Counted from the stretch's first letter, positions 40,135-54,300 are shown. The stretch: DNA of 64,000 nt from Hormiphora californensis (GCA_020137815.1 CM035352.1:5952001-6016000); one strand, 5' to 3'. Notes: a model not told the origin generated them from the sequence alone. Made by a program: numbers and translations.

Positions 40135-43100
40135 CCTCTCTCTCTCTCTATCTCTCTCTCTCTCCCTCTCTCTCTCTCTCTCTGTCTCTGTCTCTCTCTC
40201 ACTCTCATTCTCGCTCATTTTCCGCATCTCTGATCTAAATTGTGTTAATCATGACCCTTCCAACAATTGAAATAGAAGGACCCGTAGTTGAGATGTCGGC
40301 TGTGTTTGAAAACCCTTACAGCGAGGAAACATCGCTTGATCAGACCACTTCCTCCCAAGTCGCCTTCCGTCCAAATAACAATGATAGCCAGCGTCGCTCT
40401 CCGTCCTCTGACGAAGAAGAAGGGGGGAAAGAGAAGAAATCACCGGGAGATGAGGATAAGAAGAAGTTGGGCCATTACTGGAGGAGTGTTGAAGAGCAGA
40501 GTACGTCCTGTGCGTTGTGTTATTATAGGCGCTCCTTTCTACACACTCCTAGTACGGGGATATTTTTCTCGTCGCCTGACTCCACGATAGTATCAATTTC
40601 TTCTCGCTCCTTTCTCCTTTGCACACTAAATGTCATTAAGATGACCTGTTGACTCTTTAGCACGACCGTCACATACCGTAGCTAAAACTTGATCACATTC
40701 ATTAATCAGTTCCCTCTCATTTCTATTTTGATATATTAGATCACGAGTTTCTCAACAAAATTGATCCCATTTTAGATGAAAACTAACTCCCCTCTTTTGT
40801 TTCAGACGGGTTATCAGAGCTAAAACACCGATCCAGAACCAAATCCTCCATGGGTGTAACTGATAGTGATGAGGAGGAGGCATCAGACACAAACACTGAC
40901 GGAAAAGCAAACTCCCTCTACGTCCCCAGCTCTATCCGGTACTCAATGCACATTCAGCATATGCAGCGAAAGCAGAGTAAAGCTCAGCTCCCAGACTGGG
41001 ACAAGAAGGCAAGGAGGAACATTGTTTTTGGGGGGTACAGCGTGGAAGATCGTCCAGAGAATCATATGTGCAGCAAACTATACCATACAAAACGAAAGGT
41101 GCTGAGTCTAAAGAATTACCATGATGAGGCAAGGGCAATGAGGGATATCGAGAAGTTCCTGGCACATCCTGTCGTACTGTTCAAGGTTCACCACACCCTC
41201 TGGGAGGATATTGTCGAGGAGATGATCTGCAAACTGTGCAGTGATAAACCTGAGCTGAACCTTAATGTAACGGCTGCAATGAGCTCAATCATCAGTAATG
41301 AAGCGGATTACGTCCTACCTGAGTGCATCCAGGGTATCACCGAAACTGCAATGGGCCCAGTCACGGAGCAGAGTTTCATTGTAGTCATAGGAACCACAGA
41401 TACCGTCCAGGACAACCAGGTTGTCATGTGCCTGTTGGAACAACCTTTTAACTTTGGAAAGATGGCTGAGGAGATCAGGTTCATTTGTATTGTCCTGTGC
41501 CCTCACAAGACGAAGCAGACGAAATCGGCAATCCAGGTGGCAAGGACTTATGCCACCCTGTTGGCTGACGACAGGCTGAGGCACAACCTTCTAAACACCC
41601 ACTCTCCGGAAGAGTTTGCTCATGAATTTGAGCTTGAGTGTACCAGGATTCATAAGGAACATGAGAGGCGGGAAAAGTTAACCAGTATGTCGATCAAAAG
41701 TAAACAGGATGAGAAGGGTAACCAGTGGCTCCCCGGTAGAGACATGTTCAACGACTTCAAGAACCGGCTCCGTTGGTATCCCAGCGATTACATCAAGGAT
41801 GTAAAGGACTGTACCAGCATTCAGAAGATCATCTCAACCATTCTGTTTCTCTATTTCTCCCTCCTGCTCCCGGGAATTTCCATGGGGGTTCTGGATGCTA
41901 AATACACTGGAGGTAGGATCGATTCTAAAAGTGTCATCATCGCCCAGGCGTTCTCAGGGATTCTCTGGGGGTTGTTTGGTGGCCAGCCTCTGATGGTGAT
42001 TATGACGACCATTCCTATCGTGATCTATACCAAGATTATCTATATCATCAGTCTAAACTGGGACGGGGAAGGGGACAAGGAAGGTAACTTCTTCTACACC
42101 TTCTATATGATGGTCGGCCTCGCTAACGCCTTCTTCATGATCATCTATGCTGTGTTAGGGGCCAGTAAAATCATGGCCTACTGCTCCAGATCTACTGAGG
42201 AGATTGTTGGTATGTTCGTATCCACTGCCTTTGTGTACGACTCGGTGAAGTACATCATTAACGAGTTCAACACGCAGTTCTGCTTCCCTGAGGACATAGA
42301 GGAAGTGGCCAATATCACAAAGAGAGCTGCAGAGGAGGTTATAGAGTGTGACCCAAACAAGCCCCTGGTATCACTAATTGTCGTCCTTATCACGGTCTAT
42401 GTGGGTGTTCAGATCTTTAATTTCAAGTACAGTCCCTACCTGAATGCCAACAAGAGGGTCCTCGTGGCAGACTACGCGCTTGTCATCGCCGTCGCAGCGG
42501 GATCATTCGTTGGGAGCTATATCTTCAGAAAGATTGAGCTCAATAAATTCACTGTGGACGAGGACAGGGCCTTGTTTGAAATACCGAGTTTTGTCGCTCC
42601 TACCGGAGGTTCAGTAGTGGCAGCGGTCGGTCTTGGCTTCATGATGTCCATCCTGTTCTTCATGGAGACCAATATCTCGGAGAGCATTGTAAGTAACCCG
42701 GCCAACAAGCTGGAGAAGGGAACCTCATTCCACATGGATCTCTTTGTAACCGGGATTATTAACGCCATCCTCTCCATCTTCTGTCTTCCCTGGGTTCACG
42801 GAGGACTACCCCACTCTCCCCTCCACGTTCGAGCACTGGCTGACATTGAAGAGCACGTTGAGAACGGTCATCTCACGGAAAATGTAGTATATGTTCGGGA
42901 GACCCGACTGACCACTCTGGTATCTCACATCCTGATCGGTCTCTCAGTTATGCTCATCCCTAAACCCATTGACATGATTCCAGAGGCAGTGTTCTACGGT
43001 CTCTTCATCTTCCTCGCCATGACTGCGCTGGGAGAGTTCCAAATGTGGGAGAGATTCGTGCTGATCTTCACCGAGCAGACCCTCTACCCGCCATTCCATT

Positions 43101-43312
43101 ACGTCAGGAGAGTCCCCCAGAAAATCATCCACTGCTTCACCCTTCTCCAACTTCTTCAACTGGGTCTGCTTTGCTTGGTCTCTTTTGGTGGATCGGCCTA
43201 CTTGAAGATGTTCTTCCCCTTCGTTATAATTCTGCTGATGCCCATCAGAGAGAAAGTTCTTCCTACTCTCATCTCTGAACGACATCTTGACGCACTTGAT
43301 GGAAATCACTAG
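38789..43312 (+). CDS. SLC4A11: SLC4A11/BOR-like anion (borate/H+/NH3) transporter, paralog 1
   Basis: Exons 38789-38921, 40276-40500 and 40806-43312 all join in phase 1. Motifs NFG...IRFICIVLCP.KTK.TKSA.QVARTYATL, GQPL, RSTEEI, HSPLHVRALA, VRETRLT and QLLQL are characteristic of SLC4A11. Confidence 0.9.
39711..39881. mobile_element. Tc1/mariner-type MITE in intron 1 of SLC4A11 paralog 1
   Basis: TA|CAGTCGGACCCCGATTTAGTGGC ... GCCACTAAATCGGGGTCCGACTG|TA. Confidence 0.9.
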
Positions 43313-43735
43313 ACAGTGACACTCAGAGGACACAAATTAAAACGCGTTTTTATGGTTTGTTGGGCTGAAATCTTTTTATCCGTACAAAATTGATCTAAAA
43401 TTGCAGAACATGATCATTGTGTGACCTGATATATTACGGTACATGAATTACGCTATTCCTGTTTCTGAGGCTGAGAAAATGAGACACTCGCGAACTGAAA
43501 AAACTGCACTTTTTGCTGTTGAAAAGACTGTTTATTTATCTTATTTTCAACGTTCTTTTAAATGGAATAAAAACTTGTTTTCGATTTGTTTGAATAATTT
43601 GTTTCATTGATTGATCGAGCATGTCAAAGTGTCAAACGTCAGTAGCCTCACCTTAGTTTACTATTTATGTCATTTTACATCTATGTTCTGTCAGTGTCAG
43701 GTCAATGCTCTTACCACAGAGAATAGGGTCCGGTC

Positions 43736-44107
43736 GGTAGGCGGTAAATGTTAACCAGATCTGAGAGAAAACGTACGTGCAAAACCACGTTTTTGGCCAT
43801 AACTCAGTCATTTCTTGACCAATTTGCAAAATCTTGGGTGCGTTGGAAAGAGGACATTGAGCTCTTTCAAATGAGCCCAATAAAACTAAAATCGGCGCAA
43901 AATGCGCGGCGTCATGGCGCAAAATGCGCGTTTTCGCCACCACGCCGCGCAATTTGCGCCAATTTTCATTTTCTTGAGCTCATTTGAGAGATCTTAATGT
44001 CCTCTTTCCAATGAGCCATAGATTTTGCAAATTGGTCAAGAAATGGCTGAGTTATGGATAAAAACGTGCGAAATTCTCACAGATCTGGTTAACATTTACC
44101 GCCTACC
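43736..44107. mobile_element. Mutator-like MITE
   Basis: TIRs GGTAGGCGGTAAATGTTAACCAGATCTG; 9-bp TSD GGTCCGGTC. Confidence 0.9.
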
Positions 44108-44202
44108 GGTCCGGTCAGGCCAATGCTCTGGCAGATTATGTTCATATGCAAGGATTTCATTTATCGACATACAACGGAAACCCCAGAGTTGTTTGACGGA
44201 TC

Positions 44203-44360
44203 AAGTCGGATTTTTTGAAGTTGTCACCCCCCCCCCCTTCTCGTGTGCGGAATGTTTTTGTGCGTCACATCACATGTTAACGTGTGGTGTGCGCGTCAAA
44301 ATTGATAAATTTCACATGCGCGGTCATTTGGGGGTGACAACTTCAAAAAATCCGACTTTA
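44203..44360. mobile_element. MITE of the AAGTCGGATTTTTTGAA family
   Basis: ~28-bp TIRs; related copy at 57799-58039. Confidence 0.8.
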
Positions 44361-44509
44361 GAATTGGACTGACTAACACCATTAGTGATCACATCAATTC
44401 ATTTTATTCATCTTCCTTGACAGATTTTACTTATTTTTCCTCGCCCTATATCTCTCTCTCGCTGATACAATATTGAAAATAGTATTCTCTATTCTACTCT
44501 CTCCCAATC

Positions 44510-46130
44510 ATTCATCTCGATTCGTACATATTCTCTCCCCATTTAGGTGCCGGCAGGCACCTCCGACCCGAAGAAAACAGAAAAAACGAAAAAAAAATTT
44601 TTGCCCCTGCACCAAATCCAAAAAGTGACGGCCCTATATATACAAAGAATAGAAGATTTTCGGGGGGGGGGGGGGGGCAAATTTCAGGCAGCGATTGCGG
44701 CCACATCGTTTGAGATATCGACCTGAAATTTTGTAGGCATGTTCTAGTAGTATAACTACGTGTCATAACGTGGCCGGATTTTTGATTTTTTGATTAATTA
44801 ATTAATTATAAGCTATCAAAATTTGCCCCTGCACATTGCCCCTGTACATTTTGATTTTTTGCCCCTGCACGCGTGCCCCTGCACACGGTTTATCTTCCGT
44901 TCTGCTTGAAATATTGACTTGAAACTTTGTAGGAATGTTCTTCAATCATAAAAAATGATATTCGAAAAGTGGGAGTATTGAAAATTAATTAATTAATTAG
45001 TTATAGGCATGCAAAAATGGACTTTTTTAGGGCCCCCTGCACTTTTTTTGAAAATGTACAGGGGCAAATACCCCTGCACATTTTTTGCAATTTTGATATT
45101 CAAACTGTGGCCAAACCGTTTGTTTTTTCGAAATGAAACTTTGTATGCATGTTCTAGTAGTATAACTACGAGTCATAAAAAGGCTGGATTTCTTATTTTT
45201 AATTTAACTAATTAATTATAAGTAATTAAAATTTTGCCCCTGCACCATCTTTCCCCTGCACCGCTGATTTCGACCCCCTGCACATTTCCTGAACAAGGCA
45301 ACTAAAAATGGTATATTTTCTGTTCTGCTATAAATAACGACTTAACATTTTGTAGTAATGTAGTTCATGCATATAGAAAGATCGACAAAAAGTGGGAATA
45401 GTCAAAATTAATTATCCAATTAATTATAAGCAATTAAAATTTTGCCCCTGCACATTTTGCCCCTGTACATTTGCGGCAAATGTTGCCCCTGCACATTTTC
45501 GGTAAATTTGATATTCGAACTGTGGCCACACCGTTTGATATTTCGAAATGAGACTTTGCATGCATGTTCTAGTGGTATAACTACGAGTCATAAAAGAGCC
45601 GGATTTCTGATTTTTTAATTAATTAATTAATTATAAGTAATTAAAACTTTTGCCCCTGTACAATTTTGTTTGCCCCTGCACAATTTTTGCAACTTTGATA
45701 TTCAAACTGTGGCCACACCGTTTGAAATTTCGAAATGAAACTTTGTATGTATGTTCTAGTAGTATAAATACGAGTCATAACGGAGCCGGATTTTTGATTT
45801 TCTAATTAATTAATTAATAATAATCAATTAAAACTTTTGCCCCTGCACAGTTTTGGCAAATTTGATATTCAAACTTTGAGCCTTTGTGAAAGTTTCATAC
45901 AGATGCTGGCGATAGACTCGATAGAGTTCGATTAATTTACTATGACAACGGTGTTGGTTACCATAGTAACCAGGGAATTCGTTGTAAAATAGTCCTTTCT
46001 TGCTATAAACAATATAGTTAACGTGTAGCGCACGCCACAAAAGTTTTAAATTTAAGTTTTTGGGTGAAAAATAAATGGACTTTAACAATCGAAACAAAGT
46101 GTGCCATTAGATCCTGAACCGAGAAACGAA
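44510..46130. mobile_element. Repeat element with internal ~170-200 bp tandem subrepeats (Helentron-like?)
   Basis: Repeated units containing GCCCCTGCAC, CTAGTAGTATAACTACG and AATTAATT; terminal hairpin AGGTGCC-GGCA-GGCACCT near 44544. Boundaries are approximate. Confidence 0.55.
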
Positions 46131-48150
46131 TATTTGTCAAATCGAATTTTGTTTAATGCACGCCCCCGGTTCCCATTATTAAATATCGGACTATATGTTA
46201 GCAACTTCGGGTCGGACGAGGGGAAGCTTGCCTTTTGCGAACATAATCTTCCCCCTACATGTAACAAACACTACTCATGCCCTGGATTGAAAAAGAGAGA
46301 ACTATTAGTTAACTAACAACTCATGCCTCAGGTTGAAAACAAGACGAAGATCTACAATGTCATACAATATCGCCCTACTACCCGCCTACCTGCAGTATTG
46401 GTCTAGTTCATTCTATACAATGAATTCTCTGTAAGTTTTTTTTGTGTTTTACTTCACATAGGATTTAATTATTATTAGGAACTTTCCATAGTTATTAGTC
46501 ATAGAGAGAAAAGGGTGTCGTTCGATTGAATATACACAAACACACATTGAGCAGCCTCAGTTGGCTGTTGTCGGGCCAAAACAATTGTTTCAAAATAATA
46601 TAAACTGTTTTTCTATGTGTTCTCTATGTGATAGTCCTAGCACTGCTTAGTTCTTCTGTGATCTTTTTTGCTCAATCTTCTAGAGACTCTCACAGGCTGT
46701 GTATAAAAAATACAAGCATAGAGTTAGAAATTGTCAATTGGCCGGTGGTTCTTGTGTGTTGAAAGTTATATAGTACGCTGTGTATACTTGGGGTATACAG
46801 ATACTTGACACTTGTAGTATGTAGCTAGCAGTACCTGAACCTAAAATTTCATATATCCGGCACCCGTGATATGTATTGCATCTCTAGGTATGTGAATTCA
46901 CAGTTGGATTATGTGAATGTATTCAATTTGTATGGGAACATTTTATAGTAAGTTTACACAACAATTAACAAATGGGAGTACTGTAACTGTCAGCATAAAT
47001 AATGCTGACAGTGACAGTACTCCCATATATTGTATCAGTATACACCCTTCCCATTTCTCTACCTCACTTTGATCATGACCATCTCATGTTTTGTCGGCTG
47101 TGATTTACTCTCTCCCACATATTCTATATTTCTATAAACTGATAACATGGCCTCACAGCCAAAGGGACGGGATTGAATATGGACTGTGAGATGGATTTTA
47201 AGGATGATTTAATATTAAGTAAATCGGGGATTCGGATTATAGATAAGATTTGTTGTTACTTGTTACTCAACAAGATAAGATGGTAGTGCTACCATTCCGT
47301 TTTTATCATGCTCTTTGCACATCCAAATCGTGTCGTAGCGCAGTAGTGGTACCTAATTTTTCATACCTTCCGGTGAAATTGCGAGAATAATATCCAAATT
47401 ATTTATTAGCTAGATCATCCTGTATATCTCCCCTATCCCTCTATCATATGTGTGTATCTAGCCGGTTTAGTATCGTTCTCAACTCGTCACCTCAATTTCA
47501 TAGTGTTGAGACTTGAGTCGCTTGACACTGTGTCCGTGTATGAAGAATTCAATCTCTGTGCCCTGTGGGTGTTTTATATTCATCTCATTACAACTTCAGT
47601 GCTAATTTAATTATAGTGTTGAAAATGAGAAACGGCGGTTATCTTTTAACTCGACGACATGTTAATTTTCTCCACTCCTCTTATTCTTAATTTAGTAATT
47701 TGAGTTCGAGCACTGACTCTGAAAATTCACAGTCTCTTGCAAGATAACTTGATATTCAATATCACACCTCTGAAACTCAATGAAGAATCAACTTTAATCA
47801 TGCTAATTAACTCTTGAACACTTGTTTTGGCTCATTCAGCCGTTCCAAATTAATAGGCCATTCAAGAACAATGAACAGTTCATCACTACACATAGCCAGT
47901 AGTTCGGCTCCATGTCTTGTAAATATAGCCTTTCCTCGAACTTGAGGTTTGCTGTAAATACGTGAATAATAAAAGCTGTGAATTTAGCAACTTGATCTTG
48001 AATTACTGTAGAGCTCTGATTAAATTATTTTATGAAGGAGCATTATTTCCAAGAACCGTGCAATGATTTTGTTTGATATCGCTCCAAGATGTTACTGCCT
48101 TTTTTAGTAGCTTGCTCCTTTTTTGATTCTTAACTGTCTACTGCTGCAGT

Positions 48151-51023
48151 ATGCTCGATGGAAACTATACTGAGCTTCAGGAGAACGGGGACTCGGATGC
48201 AGCCGCAGCAGACGTTGAAATTCTAGTGGAAATGGAAACGGGAATCAATGGTTAGTAGATGTTTCAAATGACCATGCCCCCTTACATTATATCTGCTAAG
48301 TACGATCTAACATCAAATTCAATATGCTAGGAGGCGAGGAGATCTCAGATGAAGACCCACCAGATGGAATCAAAGATACTGACGATTTGTTAGGAAACCC
48401 GTCGTCTACATCAATTGGGGACTACTGGAGAACCGTCCAGCATGGTATGTAAATAATATCTTCGACAACAACTATACAATCTTTACAGTATTGTATGTGG
48501 TAGGTGCTAACGTGTAACCTGTATTTATAGGTGAAGACCATCCTCGAAGGGTCCATAAATCGTCCATGATGAGCTCTAATATTGAGAGTGACTACTCTGC
48601 CACGGACACTGAAATTGGGGTGGAGGTGTCCCCTGTACCACCACGCAAATACTCGCTCCATATCCAGCACCTTCAAAAGAAACAGGCTAAGGTGGAAATG
48701 GCGTGGGACAAGAAAGCTCGCAGGAACATCAGCTTTGGAATTCTTACCCGGGAGGAAAGTCATTTTTGTAGCAAGCTTTATCACACTAAGCGGAGGATTT
48801 TAAAGCTAAAGGACTACCATGATGAGGCGAGGGCAATGAGGGATATCGAGAAGTTCCTAGCTCAGCCTGTCGTACTATTCAAGGTTCACCACACCCTCTG
48901 GGAGGATATTGTCGAGGAGATGATCGCTAAGCTATGTTCTGAGAAGCCAGAACTGAATCTCAATGTCAACAAGACCATGGAGTCACTCATCAGTACTGAG
49001 GCTGATTTTGTGTTACCTGAGTGCATCCAGGGTATCACCGAAACCGCATTGGGCCCAGTCACGGAGCAGAGTTTCATTGTAGTCATAGGAACCACAGATA
49101 CCGTCCAGGACAACCAGGTTGTCATGTGCCTGTTGGAACAACCCTTCAACTTTGGAAAGATGGCTGAGGAGATCAGGTTCATTTGTATTGTCCTGTGTCC
49201 TACTAAGACGAAGCAGACGAAATCGGCAATCCAGGTGGCAAGGACTTATGCCACCCTGTTGGCTGACGACAGGCTGAGGCACAACCTTCTAAACACCCAC
49301 TCTCCGGAAGAGTTTGCTCATGAATTTGAGCTTGAGTGTACCAGGATTCATAAGGAACATGAGAGGCGGGAAAAATTGGCCACCATATCCATAAAGAGTA
49401 AGAATGAAGACCAAGAAGAGAAAAAGGGAGGGTTTATGCCCGGTAGAGATCTGATTATGGATGTGAAGCGAAGATGGAAGCACTATGTTAGCGACTATAC
49501 CCAAGATGTCCGAGACTGCACTAGCATTCAGAAGATCATCTCAACAACGCTCTTCCTCTACTTCTCCCTCCTGCTTCCTGGTATTGCGTTCGGGGTACTT
49601 GATGCAAAGTACACAAATGGGAGAATCGACTCCAAAAGTGTGATTGTCTCCCAGGCTTTGACGGGCATACTATGGGCTGTATTTGCAGGCCAGCCTCTCG
49701 TAGTGTCGAGGACAACCATCCCAGTAGTGATTTATACCAAAATCATTTACACCATAAGCCTCAATTGGGACGAAGATGGGGATTTCTTCTATACGTTCTA
49801 TACCCTAGTGGGTCTATCCAATGCCTTCTTTCTCATGCTCTATTCCGTGGTCGGAGCTAGCAAAGTCATGGCCTACTGCTCTCGATCGACGGAGGAAATT
49901 GTAGGATTGTTTATCTCCGCAGCCTTCCTGGTGGACTCCATCAAGTTTGTTGTTAGTGAATTTGATCACTACTATTGCTTTGATGGGCTGGTGAACGACA
50001 CGGTGGGGACAGTTAAACGAGCTGCTTATGAAGAGGATGCGGCGTATAGCTGTGATCCTAACAAACCCCTGGTCTCTCTTCTTCTCATCCTAATCACGGT
50101 CTACGTGGGTGTCCAAATCTTTAACTTCAAGTACAGCCCCTATCTAAACGCTGACAAGCGCGTCCTTGTAGCAGACTACTCGCTAGTGGTGGCTGTGGCA
50201 GCTGGAACATTACTTGGAAGTGTGAATTTTCAAGGATATCGACTTGAAAATGTTCACCGTGGACGAGACCAGGGCAATGTTCCAATTTGTGGATTTCCAA
50301 TCTCCCCCAGGGTTGGCCCAGGCAGTCGTGGCGGCGGGTGGCCTCGGATTTGTAATGTCAATTCTCTTTTTCATGGAGGGAAACATATCGGAGAGCATCG
50401 TGAGTAATCCGTCCAACAAGTTGAAGAAAGGATCTGCCTTTCACATGGATATGTTTGTGACTGGGGTCATTAACGCCATCCTCTCCGTCTTCTGTCTTCC
50501 CTGGGTTCATGGTTCTCTGCCCCACTCTCCCCTCCACGTTCGAGCACTGGCTGACATTGAAGAGCACGTAGAGAACGGTCATCTCACGGAGAATATTGTC
50601 TATGTTCGGGAAACTAGGCTAACACTCCTCTTCTCGCACATTCTGATTGGAGTGTCTGTACTGATGATTCCAGATCCACTCAACAAGGTACCAATTCCAG
50701 TTTTCTACGGCCTCTTTGTCTATTTGGCAATAACCTCGCTGGGCGAGTTCCAAATGTGGGAGAGATTCGTGCTGATCTTCACCGAGCAGACCCTCTACCC
50801 GCCATTCCATTACGTCAGGAGAGTCCCCCAGAAAATCATCCACTGCTTCACCCTTCTCCAACTTCTTCAACTGGGTCTGCTTTGCTTGGTCTCCTTCGGA
50901 GGATCGGCCTACCTGAAGATGTTCTTCCCCTTCGTTATAATTCTGCTGATGCCCATCAGAGAGAAAGTTCTTCCTACGCTCATCTCTGAACGACATCTTG
51001 TTGCACTGGACGGTGAACATTAA
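48151..51023 (+). CDS. SLC4A11: SLC4A11/BOR-like transporter, paralog 2 (apparent 1-bp frameshift at ~50225)
   Basis: Exons 48151-48250, 48331-48444 (GDYWRTV, cf. GHYWRSV in paralog 1) and 48531-51023. Removing one A in GTGAATTTTCAAG restores GSVIFKDIDLKMFTVDE, collinear with paralog 1. Confidence 0.85.
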
Positions 51024-51322
51024 TTATTTTATAATCCCCGCTTGAGACAATTTTACTCTTGACTTGGTATAAAATAGAAAACACTCGTGTTATAATCTCT
51101 CTGTCAAACACACATGCACAACTGTATGTGTAAAAACGTTCTAGCTTCTGCTGCTTTTTAAGGCAATCTCATTTATATAAAAACATTCTTAATGTCATAC
51201 ATATTCAACGTTTTGAATTATAAAAAGTCTGTGTATGTGTCACTGTCTCTCTCTCTATGTCTCTCTTACGCGGGACCAGTCCCTCAAGAGTTTGCAGCAC
51301 AACCGGGTCACATTGGGTTTCT

Positions 51323-54300
51323 TTAGAAGCAGTTCCACTCGTCAGATCCATCCAGACAGTCAGGGAAACCATCACACTTGAACTCCCCAGGTATACAATC
51401 ACCCGTCTTGCATTGCCACTCATTATAACCTCTACACGTGTCTGCAGAGGGGAACAGTGTTAAAACCTAGCTGTCTAGACTCTAGCATGCAGTAGTGAAC
51501 ACGCGGAATGTATTGCCATTTGGCTGTCAGTACACTTATGATAACTTTTTCACTCTATTGCTGACCAGCTGAAGTCTACAATGTAGACTCCCTGGTCCCT
51601 GTATAGCGTATAAGCTACATACTGAAGTCACAGGAATCCTCATCGGAGTTATCCTTGCAGTCCCGGACCTTGTTACAGTACTGACTGACAGCGATACACT
51701 TGAGCCCGTCATTACACTTCCACTGGCCATGTCGACAAGTAAGAGCTGAGAGGGGTTACCATGGTTACCAAAGGTTGGGGCTAACTGGGGCAGAGTTGTT
51801 TTTATAGCCTTCTTACCTGAGCAGTCAGCCTCATCAGAACCGTCAGCGCAATCCTTCAGACCATCGCACACTTGGAACCCGGGCAGACAGAATTCCCCTC
51901 CAAGATTTGTCTTACACGCAATACTAGTCGCCCTCACAACTCACTGCAATTAGAGGGGTTGTATAAATTCAAGAGACTTGCTTTACTCAGTACAATATGT
52001 ACACTATTCTACTACAATATGTACTCAGTACAATATGTACTCAGTACAATATGTTCCCTATTCTACTTGAGAGAAAAGGAATCTGGGATTTTTTTCTGAG
52101 TTCCCCTCCAGGTTCTTAATTACTTACGGGTGGTTAGAGCATCAGGGTTCTTTACTTACGGGTGGTTAGAGCATCAGGGTTCTTTGCTTCATCAGGGGTT
52201 CCTGGGCAGTCATCTTCATCGTCTCCCTTTAAACAATCACTCTTACCATCACAAACTGATCCCAGACCAATACACTGACGCCTGTGAATAACAAGATGAG
52301 AAAATGACTGTCTAAAAGGGGCCTTCTGATATTGTACCACCATATATTTGCATGCAGATTGCAGAGTAATAATAAAATCATCCGAGTCCGGAATTTGTTT
52401 TTCTACCGCCCAGATAAGATAAGGCCATGTTATTGGAGTTGGGCCATATATTGAGTGTGGGAGGTGGGTGGTGTTTATGCAGGAGTAACTGTAGCCGGGT
52501 TATTTGTTGTCATGGTAACTCACTCAAGTAGAAGACACATCAGAAGCTCTGATGTGGGCTTTACTCCACAATTTCGATAGAATGTCTATCGGCTAGATGG
52601 AACCGAATTACTCAATGAGTAATACTTTGGCAACTCCTAGATATGAAGGCTCGTTTTAATATAGATACTGACCTGTATTTGCAGGGGTAGTGGTATTTGG
52701 GGCAAAAGTATGGTTTCTCGGAAACCGGTTCCTGGGTCGTCTCATATTTGTAGGTCATTTCAGCGGCTGAAACATATGGCTTGTTAAAAGTGCTAATGTA
52801 TTGACTATACCGGTAGTCTGTGTCTCTCGATCAAATCCTAAGGAATGCTGAACACGCCCTGCATTAGAATTAATGTGGTGTTCAATAAGATTGAAAAACG
52901 GAGTCGAATTGCTCGTTTTAGTTTTCGAATCTCAACTTGATACATAACAAATAATAACACGTTTTTTCACCCTCTTCACACTTACTAGTAGGTCCCTCAC
53001 TGGAAACACCCTCAGTTGACTCGAAAGAGGATGTGTACTCAGTCTGACTAGAAGAAAAGGTTCCCGTTGTAGAATCCCCAGCAGTTGACACATAAGGTGT
53101 TCTGGTAGCATCCTCATCCCCTGATTCTGTCACCTCTTTCTCTGTTACAATCCCAGACTCAGTGGTTGTGGCTTCTGTTGTTATGTGGTTGTTAGTGGTT
53201 ACCACTAATTCTTCTTCTGTCACTTTCTTTGTTACTATCGCTTCCCCGGCTGTCCTGTGGATCAGGGAGATAGGGGGTGTCAGTTCTGTTTCGTAATACC
53301 CCTCTTTTTTTAAAGGACTAGTAACATGGGACACATTTCTGATTCGAATAACCGAATTGTTTGTTTATATTTCGCCCTTAATTGGATGCAGTTAGTGGTA
53401 TTAACTGACCTAATGACAGCATATAATATTTACTGTTGAGTCAGGATAGTGTATGCAGCTAGGCACACCCATCATATGACCTAATGCAGTTAGATTATGC
53501 AGTATGGTGTCACAATGTTGAGCTTTAAAATTCCGTCAATTTTAACACAATTCTCAGATAACGTCCCAACATCCCAACCAATACGATTCCATATTCAGGA
53601 GTAACAACCCGTAAAATATTATGGAAAGTGGTAGTTTTTATTTGAGTAAGGGGTACTAATTAACAATTAGTTTCGGCCATAAAACTTCGGTGATCAGGAC
53701 ACATTTCACCCTACGACCCGCTAAAACTATATGCCACATGTTCATATAATGACTTGTCCCATCTCGAATTCTCGCACACTTATTATAGGTAGTGGTGTTT
53801 CAGTAGGCCCAGTTGAGGTTACTGTGGTTATTAGGTGGTTACTAGGTGGTTACTATGGTTACACTTACGTAGGTAGTGGTGTTTCAGTTGGCCCAGTTGA
53901 GGTTACTGTGGTTATTAGGTGGTTACTAGGTGGTTACTATGGTTACACTTACGTAGGTAGTGGTGTTTCAGTTGGCCCAGTTGAGGTTACTGCAGTGGTG
54001 GAGCCGGCTGTTGTCGGTTTTACTGTCTTCCTAATCCCTGTGAACAGATTGGTCTGATTTTGGAGTCATTCGATATTATGGAGAATCATTTGTTTTGTAA
54101 AATTATGAATCTGATTAAGTTGGAGCAGAAACGCTTGTTAACTAGTTGGTATGGCTATACTAGAGTGGGGTGATCATAATTTCGGTTGAATTGGTCCAAA
54201 CTCACTTCTTCTTTTGGCATCCACTGGTGCTGCCAAAAGGGCTATTACACATAACAATCTGAAGATGAAACAATAGATTTTAAGAACCCTAAATTAACTT

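Noticed and set aside
53870-53952. Functional duplicated mini-exons in the LDLa gene
   Set aside because: The CACAG acceptor gives a 37-nt exon with a stop, the in-frame alternative needs a 27-nt intron, and the first donor already joins the next exon in phase.
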